Shown here: positions 7,206 through 16,236 of the stretch, piece after piece
Numbering within the stretch: position 1 is the first letter of the stretch
Layout of the letters: every line of letters begins with the position of its first letter
Assembly: GCA_902489185.1 (NCBI GenBank)
Contig: CABTZC010000001.1
Coordinates: forward strand, 1-40,568
Direction: 5' to 3'
DNA: 40,568 nt
Source of the DNA: an uncultured Brevibacterium sp.
GTDB lineage: Bacteria; Actinomycetota; Actinomycetes; Actinomycetales; Brevibacteriaceae
Notes under the pieces: generated by a model
The model's input: only the letters and a program-made list of their open reading frames with translations
Database searches by the model: none
What the model was told of the DNA's origin: nothing
Made by a program: the position numbers and the translations under genes

Positions 7206-7574
7206 ATGTCAGAAACTACAGCCGTCGATGTCAGCAAGATTCACCCTGAGGGTGACTGCGACATTCCATCAGAATTTTCGTCGCAAAAAAACATCAGCTT
7301 GACCGCTGAGCTATTCAAAGCTCTTGCTACACCGTCGCGCTTGAAGATTCTGCTCACCTTGTCCCATGGACCTGCCAGCGTCAGCAAGATCGTGATCGCT
7401 ACCGAGCTGTCACAGCCACTCGTGTCACAGCACCTCAAAGTGCTGCGCGGGATTCACCTGGTGTCCGTGCTACGTGAAGGGCGAGAAGCGATCTACTCGC
7501 TTATGGACGACCACGTCGCGCACATCATTCTTGACGCCATGGCCCACGTCAACGAACTCGAGCACGCCAGCTAG
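7206..7574 (+). CDS. ArsR/SmtB-family metal-sensing transcriptional repressor
   Basis: LFKALATPSRLKIL, SQPLVSQHLKVLR and the alpha5-type site DDHVAHIILDAMAHVNE. Confidence 0.92.
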   Translation: MSETTAVDVSKIHPEGDCDIPSEFSSQKNISLTAELFKALATPSRLKILLTLSHGPASVSKIVIATELSQPLVSQHLKVLRGIHLVSVLREGREAIYSLMDDHVAHIILDAMAHVNELEHAS

Positions 7575-7618
7575 CTCGGGCACCCACGCCGACTAACCAA
7601 GCGAGCCCAGCCCGCGCC

Positions 7619-8839
7619 TTACTTTTCCAGATAAGCCGCCTGGAACTTGGCGATGCGACGCAGGGCCTCAGCGACCGCCTCGGGGCCGGCAGCCAAGGAA
7701 ATACGCACCCACTTATCACCGTTGACGTTATCGAAATCAAGGCCAGGCGACACCGCAACACCTTCCGTTTCCAGAAGCGCCGAACACCACTGGGTGGCGG
7801 TTTCGTACGGCCCCAGTACGTCCTCTACCAGGCCGTACATGTAGAACGCACCGTCGGCGGGCGCCAGGTCACGCCACCCCAGCGAAGGTGCGGCGTCCAG
7901 AACGCTTTGACGCGCGCGGGCAAATCCAGCAAGAGCTTCTTCACCTTCCGCGTACGCAGACTCAGTGAACGCTTCGACGGCGGCGTGCTGAGCTGGGACG
8001 GGGGCGCACAACGCGTAGTTTCCAGCGAGACCAGCAATTGTGTCCACAAGATTTTCCGGCAAAACGGCCCAGCCCAAACGCCAACCGGTCATTCCCCAGT
8101 ACTTAGAGAATGAACTGATGACAATGGCGTCCTCGTTGAATTGCAGGGCGCAGTCACCGATCGAGTCCGTGAACGTGATGCCGTGGTAGATTTCGTCGCT
8201 GATGATGCGAACGTCGTGGCTGTGACACCACTGGGACAGCTGTTCGAACTGCTCACCGGGGATCATTGTGCCGGTGGGGTTTGCTGGCGAGGCGAGCATG
8301 ACACCTGCGAGCGCACCTTCACTGTGCGCCTGGTCCAACAGTTCAACCGTGGGTTGGAAGCGTTCGTCTGGGCCGCAGTCCAGTTCAACGACCTCGACGC
8401 CTAGGCCAGCCAAGATGTTCTTGTACGCCGCGTAGCCGGGACGGGCCAGAGCCACGCGGTCCCCTGGGTCAAAGCACGCGAGGAAGGACAGAAGGAACGC
8501 ACCGGAGGATCCCGTCGTGACGAAGAATCGGTTGGCCGGAATGTCGAGTCCGTACCAGCGCTTGTAGTGGCCAGACAGCGCTTCGCGCAGAGGCAGAATA
8601 CCGGCGGCTGGTGAGTAACCCAGCGACGTACCGTCAGTCATGATTTCAGCGGCGCAAGTGCGCACAGATTTGGGCGCGCCTTGCAGCGGTTCACCCACGC
8701 ACAGGGAAATGATGTCGCGGCCCTGCTCTTCGAGTTCCGCCACACGCTGCAGAATGTTCATGACAGAGAACGGGCGCACCACCTTTGCCCGGTCCGAAAT
8801 GCGTGTCAGGGTGCTGGGTAAAGGTTGGTTGCTACTCAT
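7619..8839 (-). CDS. PLP-dependent class I/II aminotransferase (aspartate aminotransferase-like)
   Basis: SPANPTG, ISDEIYH and SFSKYWGMTGWRLGW (PLP lysine). Start moved to ATG 8839, which lies 6 nt after TGTGG-CACGAT. Confidence 0.92.
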   Translation of the reverse strand: MSSNQPLPSTLTRISDRAKVVRPFSVMNILQRVAELEEQGRDIISLCVGEPLQGAPKSVRTCAAEIMTDGTSLGYSPAAGILPLREALSGHYKRWYGLDIPANRFFVTTGSSGAFLLSFLACFDPGDRVALARPGYAAYKNILAGLGVEVVELDCGPDERFQPTVELLDQAHSEGALAGVMLASPANPTGTMIPGEQFEQLSQWCHSHDVRIISDEIYHGITFTDSIGDCALQFNEDAIVISSFSKYWGMTGWRLGWAVLPENLVDTIAGLAGNYALCAPVPAQHAAVEAFTESAYAEGEEALAGFARARQSVLDAAPSLGWRDLAPADGAFYMYGLVEDVLGPYETATQWCSALLETEGVAVSPGLDFDNVNGDKWVRISLAAGPEAVAEALRRIAKFQAAYLEK

Positions 8840-8845
8840 GTTCAC

Positions 8846-8856
8846 ATCGTGCCACA
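8846..8856 (-). promoter_or_regulatory. Putative extended -10 (TGTGGCACGAT) for a leaderless aminotransferase transcript
   Basis: Located 6 nt before the ATG at 8839. Confidence 0.45.
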
Positions 8857-8931
8857 CCTGCGCGTTAAGCAGCGCGCGAAACACCGGGCGCGTTTGTGCG
8901 CGGGGTACTGGTTGAGGATGTGTGTGGGGTT

Positions 8932-8952
8932 GTTCGCCACACCCGAGGCGGC
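8932..8952. repeat. Left copy of a 21-bp imperfect direct repeat matching the aceB 3' end
   Basis: GTTCGCCACACCCGAGGCGGC versus ATTGGCCACGCCCGAGGCGGC at 36911-36931 (18/21 identical). Confidence 0.6.
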
Positions 8953-9185
8953 GGAGCTGCTACGTAAGCTTTTTGGTTTTGGGTTGATGGCGCGCATTGC
9001 TTTGAGGTGATTGGGCAGAAACTCCACTTTTTCCTAGAAATGTATAGATCATGCGCAATCTTTATGGTTCAATACATAATACGGATGAAGCGCGCTTGCC
9101 TGATTGAAGCGGTGCAATGGCGCATTTACAGACATCATACGGAACCGAGAAGCTCATTAAACGGCGATTACAAGGGGGTAAGACG

Positions 9186-10331
9186 TTGGTTACTCGCGAA
9201 GAAAAAGCAATGATCGCTGCCGTTGGTGCATTCATCGACAAGGATGTTCGCCCGCACATCAACGAGTTTGAGAAGTCCGGTGAGTACCCGACTGAGTGGA
9301 TCGACCAAATGAAACAGATGGGCATTTTTGGTCTTGCGATTGACGAACCGTGGGGGCCTGGCGCGGTTTCTGCAGAAGCGTACGCACTGATCACCGCAGA
9401 GTTGGCACGTGGATGGATGAGCTTGGCGGGCGCTATGGGTGGGCACACCGTTGTTGCTAAACTCATCCAGCTTTTCGGCACACAAGAACAAAAGGACACA
9501 TACCTACCCCGCATGGCTGAAGGACGCCTACGAGCAACAATGGCATTGACTGAGCCAGGCGGCGGGTCCGACCTCCAGGCGATGCGCACGGTGGCAAAGA
9601 AAAACGGTAGCGACTATGTCCTCAACGGTTCGAAAACCTGGATTACAAACGCACGCAAATCAGATCTTGTTGCGCTTCTTGTTAAGACTGACCCAAACGC
9701 GGAACCACGCCACAAAGGAATCTCTATTCTCCTTGTTGAAAAAGTTCCTGGATTCGAAGTCTCACGCGATCTTCCCAAACTTGGCTACAAAGGCGTTGAA
9801 AGTTGTGAACTGACCTTTGAAAACGCTCGCGTCCCACAAACTGCCCTCCTAGGCCAATCAGAAGGCCAGGGGTTCGCACAAATGATGAAAGGGTTAGAGA
9901 TCGGACGCATCCAAGTCGCGTCCCGTTCACTAGGTGTCGCACAAGCCGCCCTAGATGACTCCGTGAAGTACGCACAAACACGCGAATCGATGGGCAAACC
10001 CATCTGGAAACACCAAGCAGTAGGAAACACACTGGCCAAAATGGCCACAAAACTAGAAGCAGCACGCCAACTCGTTCTCCACGCAGCACGAACATATGAC
10101 CAAGGAGGACGCGTCGACCTAGAAGCCGGCATGGCCAAATATTACGCGTCCGAGGTGGCAGCAGAAATTGCGCTAGATGGGATCCGCGTACACGGCGGTT
10201 ACGGTTACTCCACAGAGTTCAACGTTGAACGCTACTACCGCGACGCCCCACTCATGATCGTGGGTGAAGGCACCAATGAAATCCAGCTCGGCGTCATTGC
10301 CAAACAACTCATCAACCGTAACAGGATCTGA
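9186..10331 (+). CDS. Acyl-CoA dehydrogenase
   Basis: ALTEPGGGSD, LNGSKTWITN, HGGYGY and GEGTNEIQ. TTG start at 9186 follows an AAGGGGGT SD. Confidence 0.93.
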   Translation: MVTREEKAMIAAVGAFIDKDVRPHINEFEKSGEYPTEWIDQMKQMGIFGLAIDEPWGPGAVSAEAYALITAELARGWMSLAGAMGGHTVVAKLIQLFGTQEQKDTYLPRMAEGRLRATMALTEPGGGSDLQAMRTVAKKNGSDYVLNGSKTWITNARKSDLVALLVKTDPNAEPRHKGISILLVEKVPGFEVSRDLPKLGYKGVESCELTFENARVPQTALLGQSEGQGFAQMMKGLEIGRIQVASRSLGVAQAALDDSVKYAQTRESMGKPIWKHQAVGNTLAKMATKLEAARQLVLHAARTYDQGGRVDLEAGMAKYYASEVAAEIALDGIRVHGGYGYSTEFNVERYYRDAPLMIVGEGTNEIQLGVIAKQLINRNRI

Positions 10332-10342
10332 AAGGCACCCTC

Positions 10343-10861
10343 ATGACTGTTCACACCGGATGGCACGGCCGCTACTTTGAAGATTTCGTCGAAGGCGACG
10401 TATATGAACACCCACTAGCACGAACCGTCACCGAAACAGACAACTCTTGGTTCACACTCCTCACCCAAAACACTGCACCCGTACACTTCGACTTCGAATA
10501 CGCAAAACGCACAGAGTTCGGCAAACCACTCGTCAACTCAACCTTTACCGTCGCACTCGTCACTGGGCAAAGTGTCACCGACGTATCACAAAATGTCATG
10601 GCTAACCTTGCATGGGACAAGATTCAACTACCGAACCCTGTCTTCCACGGCGACACCATCCATTCACGTTCGACCGTGCTCAGCAAACGCGAATCCAAAT
10701 CGCGTCCCAACGTCGGGATTGTGACTGTCAAGACCGAAGGGTTCAACCAGGACAACACCCTCATCTGCAGCTTCGAACGCACCGTCATGGTCTACCGCCA
10801 CGGCCACGGCCCCCGCGCAGAAATCATCGAGGAAATAAACCAAGACCGCAACGCTGAGTAA
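10343..10861 (+). CDS. MaoC-family (hotdog-fold) acyl-CoA hydratase, RipB/Ich-like
   Basis: GRYFEDF, RTVTETDNSWFTLLTQNTAPVHFD, PVFHGDT and KRESKSRP. GAAAGG SD. Confidence 0.88.
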   Translation: MTVHTGWHGRYFEDFVEGDVYEHPLARTVTETDNSWFTLLTQNTAPVHFDFEYAKRTEFGKPLVNSTFTVALVTGQSVTDVSQNVMANLAWDKIQLPNPVFHGDTIHSRSTVLSKRESKSRPNVGIVTVKTEGFNQDNTLICSFERTVMVYRHGHGPRAEIIEEINQDRNAE

Positions 10862-10894
10862 ATACTCCAGCAAATCTCACACCAGAGAAAAGAG

Positions 10895-12070
10895 ATGTCA
10901 ATGACGACACTTCGAAAGGCACTCGCAGCACTCGTCATCCCCGCTCTCGTGCTCCTCGCCGGTTGTACGAAACTCGAACTCGACGAGCAAGTACACGAGT
11001 TCCCACGCTTCACGGCCTGGACAACGTATGGCACCGGCACCGCCACATATGCAGATCTCGCGGCAGCAGCTAATGCAATCTCAAATGACACCGGTGCACA
11101 GATTCGAATCCTGACGTCTGACACGGCGGTGGGACGGCTGGGGCCTTTGCGTAAACAGCAAGCGTTGATGGCACGCACAGGCGACGAGTATATTTTCTCC
11201 TTTGAAGGTGACTTCGATTTTGCGCATCAAGACTGGGGCCCGCAGAATCTGCGCATGGTGTGGGCGCCGACAGCTCCGCACTCCCTCATGACCAAAGAAG
11301 GCTTAGGGATCAACACGCCCATGGACCTCAGGGGCAAGCGAGTCCCCAAAGTGTCCGCCAACCCGTCCGTCAACAACAAGATTGAAGCGTTCTTAGCGTA
11401 CGGCGGTTTGACATGGGACGATGTCCATCCTGTCGATATCGCCTACAGCGAGCAACCGAAGGCTCTCCAAGCTGGAAAAATTGATGTTCTGTATCTACAG
11501 GCTTATGGGTCCTCCCTTTTCGAACTCGCGAGCGCAGTCCCCACTAAGTGGATCGAATTAGACCCCAACGACACTGAACGGGTGAAAGCAGCAACCGAAG
11601 TCGCACCAACGATTGAAATCAAAGCATTTGAAAAGGGAGCAGGCCAAAAACCGGGACAGAGCGACTTCGCTTTCGTCTATCCCATCCCAATTGTTGCTTA
11701 CGCAGACGTGTCTGACTCCCTCGCCTACCACACATCAAAGGCGTTCGAGGATGAATATTCTGCATATAAGGACGCGACCGCGACCACAAAAGACTGGAGC
11801 TTAGACTCCGTTGTCACTTCCCCGATCGTCGTACCGTTCCACGATGGCACGGTCCAGTACTTCAAAGAGCAGGGAGTGTGGACTGACGACGCACAGCATC
11901 AACAGGACAAGCTCATAGCTTACGGGGAAAAGCTACGTGAGCAGTGGCCAGAGTTCCTTGCCCAGGCAGACACGGGTGCCGACCTGAAAAAACAGTGGCT
12001 GGAGTGGAAAGAACAGCACTCTTTAAGTTCAGCTGACGAATTCGCCGAAAAAGTCGGCCGTCAACCCTGA
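10895..12070 (+). CDS. TAXI-family TRAP transporter substrate-binding lipoprotein
   Basis: Lipobox LLAGC, DLRGKRV and VPFHDG motifs. Directly upstream of a fused DctQM gene. Confidence 0.85.
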   Translation: MSMTTLRKALAALVIPALVLLAGCTKLELDEQVHEFPRFTAWTTYGTGTATYADLAAAANAISNDTGAQIRILTSDTAVGRLGPLRKQQALMARTGDEYIFSFEGDFDFAHQDWGPQNLRMVWAPTAPHSLMTKEGLGINTPMDLRGKRVPKVSANPSVNNKIEAFLAYGGLTWDDVHPVDIAYSEQPKALQAGKIDVLYLQAYGSSLFELASAVPTKWIELDPNDTERVKAATEVAPTIEIKAFEKGAGQKPGQSDFAFVYPIPIVAYADVSDSLAYHTSKAFEDEYSAYKDATATTKDWSLDSVVTSPIVVPFHDGTVQYFKEQGVWTDDAQHQQDKLIAYGEKLREQWPEFLAQADTGADLKKQWLEWKEQHSLSSADEFAEKVGRQP

Positions 12071-12102
12071 TCTACCTCACACATTTACTTGAAGGACTTT
12101 CA

Positions 12103-14214
12103 ATGAATACACGAATTACCCCCTTATGGAAGACAGTGATCGTGATACTTACGGTCGTTGGCATTTTCTTAGCGATGAATCAAGCGTTCTTTTGGGACGC
12201 GTTCGGCGTTGTCATCTTGACCAACTCCTACCTGTATTTCATCTTGGCGTGTTTTTTGCCTATCGTTTTCCTCTTGTTCCCGGCTTCTAAAGTCCTCAGG
12301 TCCAAGCCCCTGCCGATCTATGACGTAGCTTTGGCTGCAATCACATTTGCCGTGTGCGTGTACTTTGGATTCAAAGGCGAAAACATTGTTACGAACGGCT
12401 GGGATAAGTCGCTGTCCTATCCCACGATCACATTGGTCTTCTCATTCATACTGTGGGCAATAGTGCTCGAGGCTCTGCGTCGCACAGCGGGTCTGGTCGT
12501 CACGATTATCGCCCTGGTATTTTCGTTGTACCCGCTGTTTGCCTTGGGAGTTCCGATTCCGTTTCTGCAGGGTATTCCGTACAACCTTCAAGACACTGCG
12601 CGCATCCATGCAATGGGTGTGGACTCAATTCTGGGTCTTCCGCTGCAGACCGCGGCCTCGATTCTGGTTGGGTTTCTCTTGTTTGGTGTTGCCCTGCAGC
12701 ACACAGGGGGTGCAACGTTCTTCTATGAACTGGCAATGGCAGCATTTGGCCGCTTCCGAGGTGGCTCAGCCAAAGTTTCGGTTGTTTCGTCCGCTTTTAT
12801 GGGCATGATGTCAGGTTCTGCGGTGTCGAACGTTCTCACTACCGGCCCTATGACAATCCCGGCGATGAAAAAATCTGGATTCACGGGGCGCTATGCCGCT
12901 GGAGTTGAGGCTACTGCCGCAACCGGTGGAACGATCACCCCACCCATCATGGGAACAGCGGCTTTCCTTATGGTGTCATTTGTGGGGGTGTCCTACACCG
13001 AAATCGCTTTGGCCGCTGCCATCCCGGCGCTCTTGTACTACCTAGGCATCTTCGTTCAAATCGACTCGTTCTCAGCAAAAGCCGGGCTCAAAGGGATGCC
13101 AAAGAACCAACTGCCTAATGGCCTGACCGTGACGCTCAAGGGCTGGCCGTATTTGGTCGCGCTCACCGGCCTCGTCGTACTTTTGGTGGTTCAGAAAAAC
13201 GAGTCACAGGCCCCGTACTGGATCGTCGGCTTCCTTTTGGTCGTTGCCATATTCCTGAAGGAACACCGGCTTACCGTCAAGTCCTTCGTTAATTTTCTGT
13301 TCGCCTCCGGTAAGACGATTGCAGAGATTTTCGGAATCATCGCGGGCGTAGGTCTCATTGTGGGTGGCTTATCGATGACCGGCGTGTCCCTGTCATTGGC
13401 TCGTGAACTCATTAACCTCGTTGGGGACAACCTGTTCTTAATCCTCATCGCGGGAGCGGTAACGTCGTTCGTTCTGGGCATGGGAATGACCGTATCTGCG
13501 GTCTATGTATTCCTGGCTATCGTCATGGCTCCGGCTTTGACCGGAATGGGCATCAACCCAATCGCGGCGCACCTATTCGTCATTTACTGGGCGACAGTGT
13601 CCTACATCACTCCACCGGTTGCTTTGGCCTCGTTCGCAGCGGCCAACATTGCTGGCACTCCGCCAATGAGTACGTCCTTAACTGCAATGCGTCTTGGCGC
13701 AGTCAAGTACATTGTTCCGTTCGCTTTCGTCCTCAATCCGGCACTTGTGGCCCAAGAGTCGACAGCGGTTGAAATTCTCTACACTCTGGCGCTTGCAGTA
13801 GTCGGCATCTTCTTCTTGGGATGCGCCTTCGAAGGCTGGTTCATTGGAGTCGCACGTCGCCTCAACCTCGTCATGCGAATTCTGCTTGCCCTCAGTGGCG
13901 TGATGACCCTGGTGCCAAACAACACGATTGCAGTTATTGGGTTGGTAGCTGGTGTTCTGTGTGGAGTGGTCTCACGGTTCTGGAACAACGGTAACGCGGA
14001 GGTCTCCGCAGCCATTGAAGCCAAGAAAATTGATGCCGCGCTTAAGGCCGAAAAAGAATACGCTTCGTCACAGGCGGATGACGATGACCATTCGCCCCGG
14101 ATTGGCCCTACTGCTCAGCGGGGATCGGGTGTCGATATCGGCAGTGGTGATGAAACCTCGCTAAGCGATAGGCGTCTCTCTAGTTATGCAGAATCTAGCA
14201 AAAAACGTAACTAA
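12103..14214 (+). CDS. TRAP transporter fused small/large permease (4TM/12TM, TAXI type)
   Basis: GGSAKVSVVSS, SGSAVSNVLTTG, PPIMG, LGMGM and ITPPVALA, with many TM segments. Confidence 0.93.
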   Translation: MNTRITPLWKTVIVILTVVGIFLAMNQAFFWDAFGVVILTNSYLYFILACFLPIVFLLFPASKVLRSKPLPIYDVALAAITFAVCVYFGFKGENIVTNGWDKSLSYPTITLVFSFILWAIVLEALRRTAGLVVTIIALVFSLYPLFALGVPIPFLQGIPYNLQDTARIHAMGVDSILGLPLQTAASILVGFLLFGVALQHTGGATFFYELAMAAFGRFRGGSAKVSVVSSAFMGMMSGSAVSNVLTTGPMTIPAMKKSGFTGRYAAGVEATAATGGTITPPIMGTAAFLMVSFVGVSYTEIALAAAIPALLYYLGIFVQIDSFSAKAGLKGMPKNQLPNGLTVTLKGWPYLVALTGLVVLLVVQKNESQAPYWIVGFLLVVAIFLKEHRLTVKSFVNFLFASGKTIAEIFGIIAGVGLIVGGLSMTGVSLSLARELINLVGDNLFLILIAGAVTSFVLGMGMTVSAVYVFLAIVMAPALTGMGINPIAAHLFVIYWATVSYITPPVALASFAAANIAGTPPMSTSLTAMRLGAVKYIVPFAFVLNPALVAQESTAVEILYTLALAVVGIFFLGCAFEGWFIGVARRLNLVMRILLALSGVMTLVPNNTIAVIGLVAGVLCGVVSRFWNNGNAEVSAAIEAKKIDAALKAEKEYASSQADDDDHSPRIGPTAQRGSGVDIGSGDETSLSDRRLSSYAESSKKRN

Positions 14215-14245
14215 GAATCAGCAAAATAAGTGAGAGGAGCATACT

Positions 14246-15412
14246 ATGCGCCGATCCATATTTAATGAAGATCATACTGAGTTCCGCAAACTGTGCAGAG
14301 ACTTCATCTCCGCAGAATTAGCCCCCAAATACGCGGAATTCGAAGAAAACGGTCGCATTCCCAAAGACTTCTTCGCCCGCATGGGAGAGCTTGGCCTCAT
14401 AGGACTTCAAGTACCAGAAGAGTACGGTGGTGGTGGCCAAACGTCTTTCAAGTACAACGCTATTCTGGGCGAAGAAACCCTCTACCAGGCGTGTTCATTG
14501 GGGACACTTCGAGTACATCAAGACCTCGTCATTCCTTACATCCTGACCTACGGAACAGACGAACAGAAACAACGCTGGCTACCAGGGATGGCATCAGGGA
14601 CCAAACTGGGCGCCATTGCAATGACAGAACCGGGCACGGGTTCCGATCTCACTGGAATCCGCACCCGTGCTGTTAAAGACGATGACCACTACGTGCTCAA
14701 CGGCGCCAAAACATTTATCACGGGTGGAATCAATGCGGATATCGTTTTAGTCGTTGCTCGAACTGCTGACTACAACGAATCCGATCGCCGTGGTGGCCTT
14801 TCTATTCTTGTTGTCGATACCGACAGTCCAGGGTTCGAGGTGGGCCGTGCCCTGGACAAGATTGGCCTCAAAACACAGGACACAGCTGAACTGTTTTTCA
14901 AGGATATCCGTGTTCCCGCTCATAACCTCTTGGGTGAAGAAGGACACGCTTTTGAATACCTTTCGCACAATTTGCCACAAGAGCGGATGACGATTGCAAT
15001 TAACGCAGTAGCCGCAGCACGTGCTGCAATCAATTTCGCCACTGAATACGCCCACAGTCGTCTGGTCTTTGGCACGCCACTTAAAGAGTTCCAAAACACC
15101 AAATTCGTTTTGGCTGAATGTTCAACCGAAGTTGAAGCTGGACAGGCTCTTATTGACAGGGCATTAGATGAACTTGACGCGAACACCCTCACACCTGCCG
15201 ACGCCGCTCGTGTAAAACTTTTCGCGTCAGAATTACAAGGTCGTGTGGTTGATAAATGCTTGCAAATCCACGGTGGCTACGGTTACATCACTGAGTATCC
15301 GATCGCTCGGTTATACGCGGATGCCCGCGTCACCCGAATCTACGGCGGAACAAGCGAAGTCATGAAAACAATCATTGCAAAAGATATGGGGCTCTCGAAG
15401 TCTCGCAATTAA
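14246..15412 (+). CDS. Acyl-CoA dehydrogenase (LCAD-like)
   Basis: AMTEPGTGSDL, NGAKTFITGG, LPQERM, QIHGGYGY and IYGGTSE. GAGGAG SD. Confidence 0.93.
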   Translation: MRRSIFNEDHTEFRKLCRDFISAELAPKYAEFEENGRIPKDFFARMGELGLIGLQVPEEYGGGGQTSFKYNAILGEETLYQACSLGTLRVHQDLVIPYILTYGTDEQKQRWLPGMASGTKLGAIAMTEPGTGSDLTGIRTRAVKDDDHYVLNGAKTFITGGINADIVLVVARTADYNESDRRGGLSILVVDTDSPGFEVGRALDKIGLKTQDTAELFFKDIRVPAHNLLGEEGHAFEYLSHNLPQERMTIAINAVAAARAAINFATEYAHSRLVFGTPLKEFQNTKFVLAECSTEVEAGQALIDRALDELDANTLTPADAARVKLFASELQGRVVDKCLQIHGGYGYITEYPIARLYADARVTRIYGGTSEVMKTIIAKDMGLSKSRN

Positions 15413-15473
15413 TAAACCTGCTACAAAGCCAATGCGCTGAAACGTACCAATAAACTGTTCAAAGGAGAACCAG

Positions 15474-16235
15474 ATGCTAGTCAACGGAACGTCAGCCCTT
15501 GTAACGGGAGGATCCTCAGGTTTAGGACTGGCGACTGTCCGGCGCCTTGTGGAGGCCGGGGCAAAAGTCGTTATCGCAGATCGCAACTCCCCCTCAGAAC
15601 AAACAGCCAAAGAACTCGGCGACGGTGCCGTATTCATCGAAACTGACGTCACGGATGAAGATCAGGTCAGTGATGCGCTTGGCCGCGCATCTGAACTCGG
15701 GCCCTTGCGGACTGTTGTCAACTGCGCTGGAATCGGCGGGCCAATGCGACTCGTACAAAAGGACGGTAGCCCCGGAAATCTGGAACATTTTCGGCGGATT
15801 ATCGATGTCAATCTGCTTGGCACCATGAATGTCACTAGCAAAGCAGCTGCTCTCATGGCACAAACAGACGAGGTCGACGGTGAGCGTGGTGTCATTATCT
15901 TCACGTCCTCGGTCGCGGCCTTTGAAGGGCAAATAGGCCAAGCCGGGTATACGGCTTCCAAGGCCGGCCTCGTTGGTTTGACACTGTGTGCGGCACGCGA
16001 TCTAGCGTCCAAAAAGATCCGTGTTATGACCATTGCCCCCGGAACCGTTGACACTCCACTCTTGGCGGGCGCGTCACAAGCAGTGCGGGATTCGCTTGCC
16101 CAAATGGTTCCCCACCCCAAACGTCTTGCTGATCCGGACGAGTTCGCAAAGCTGGCAATGTCCATCATCGACAACGCCATGCTCAACGGTTCTACCGTCC
16201 GTCTTGACGGTGCAATTCGGATGGCGGCACGCTGA
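15474..16235 (+). CDS. SDR 3-hydroxyacyl-CoA dehydrogenase, type II (HSD17B10-like)
   Basis: TGGSSGLG, VNCAGI, ERGVII, FEGQIGQAGYTASK and RLDGAIRM. Confidence 0.9.
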   Translation: MLVNGTSALVTGGSSGLGLATVRRLVEAGAKVVIADRNSPSEQTAKELGDGAVFIETDVTDEDQVSDALGRASELGPLRTVVNCAGIGGPMRLVQKDGSPGNLEHFRRIIDVNLLGTMNVTSKAAALMAQTDEVDGERGVIIFTSSVAAFEGQIGQAGYTASKAGLVGLTLCAARDLASKKIRVMTIAPGTVDTPLLAGASQAVRDSLAQMVPHPKRLADPDEFAKLAMSIIDNAMLNGSTVRLDGAIRMAAR

Positions 16236-16236
16236 C

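Noticed and set aside
8842..9027. 61-aa minus-strand ORF containing SAASGVAN
   Set aside because: No SD or recognisable domain. Used only as evidence for the aceB-end duplication, not called as a gene.
14040..14214. Hydrophilic C-terminal tail of the TRAP permease as a frameshift or extra domain
   Set aside because: It looks like a disordered extension; the frame is continuous and the next gene has normal spacing and an SD.
16033..16236. 68-aa N-terminal extension of the acyl-CoA ligase in the ORF track
   Set aside because: It overlaps the SDR gene; ATG 16237 directly after the SDR stop is the better start. Similar extensions at 8884, 9117, 19240, 32794 and 33899 were also trimmed.
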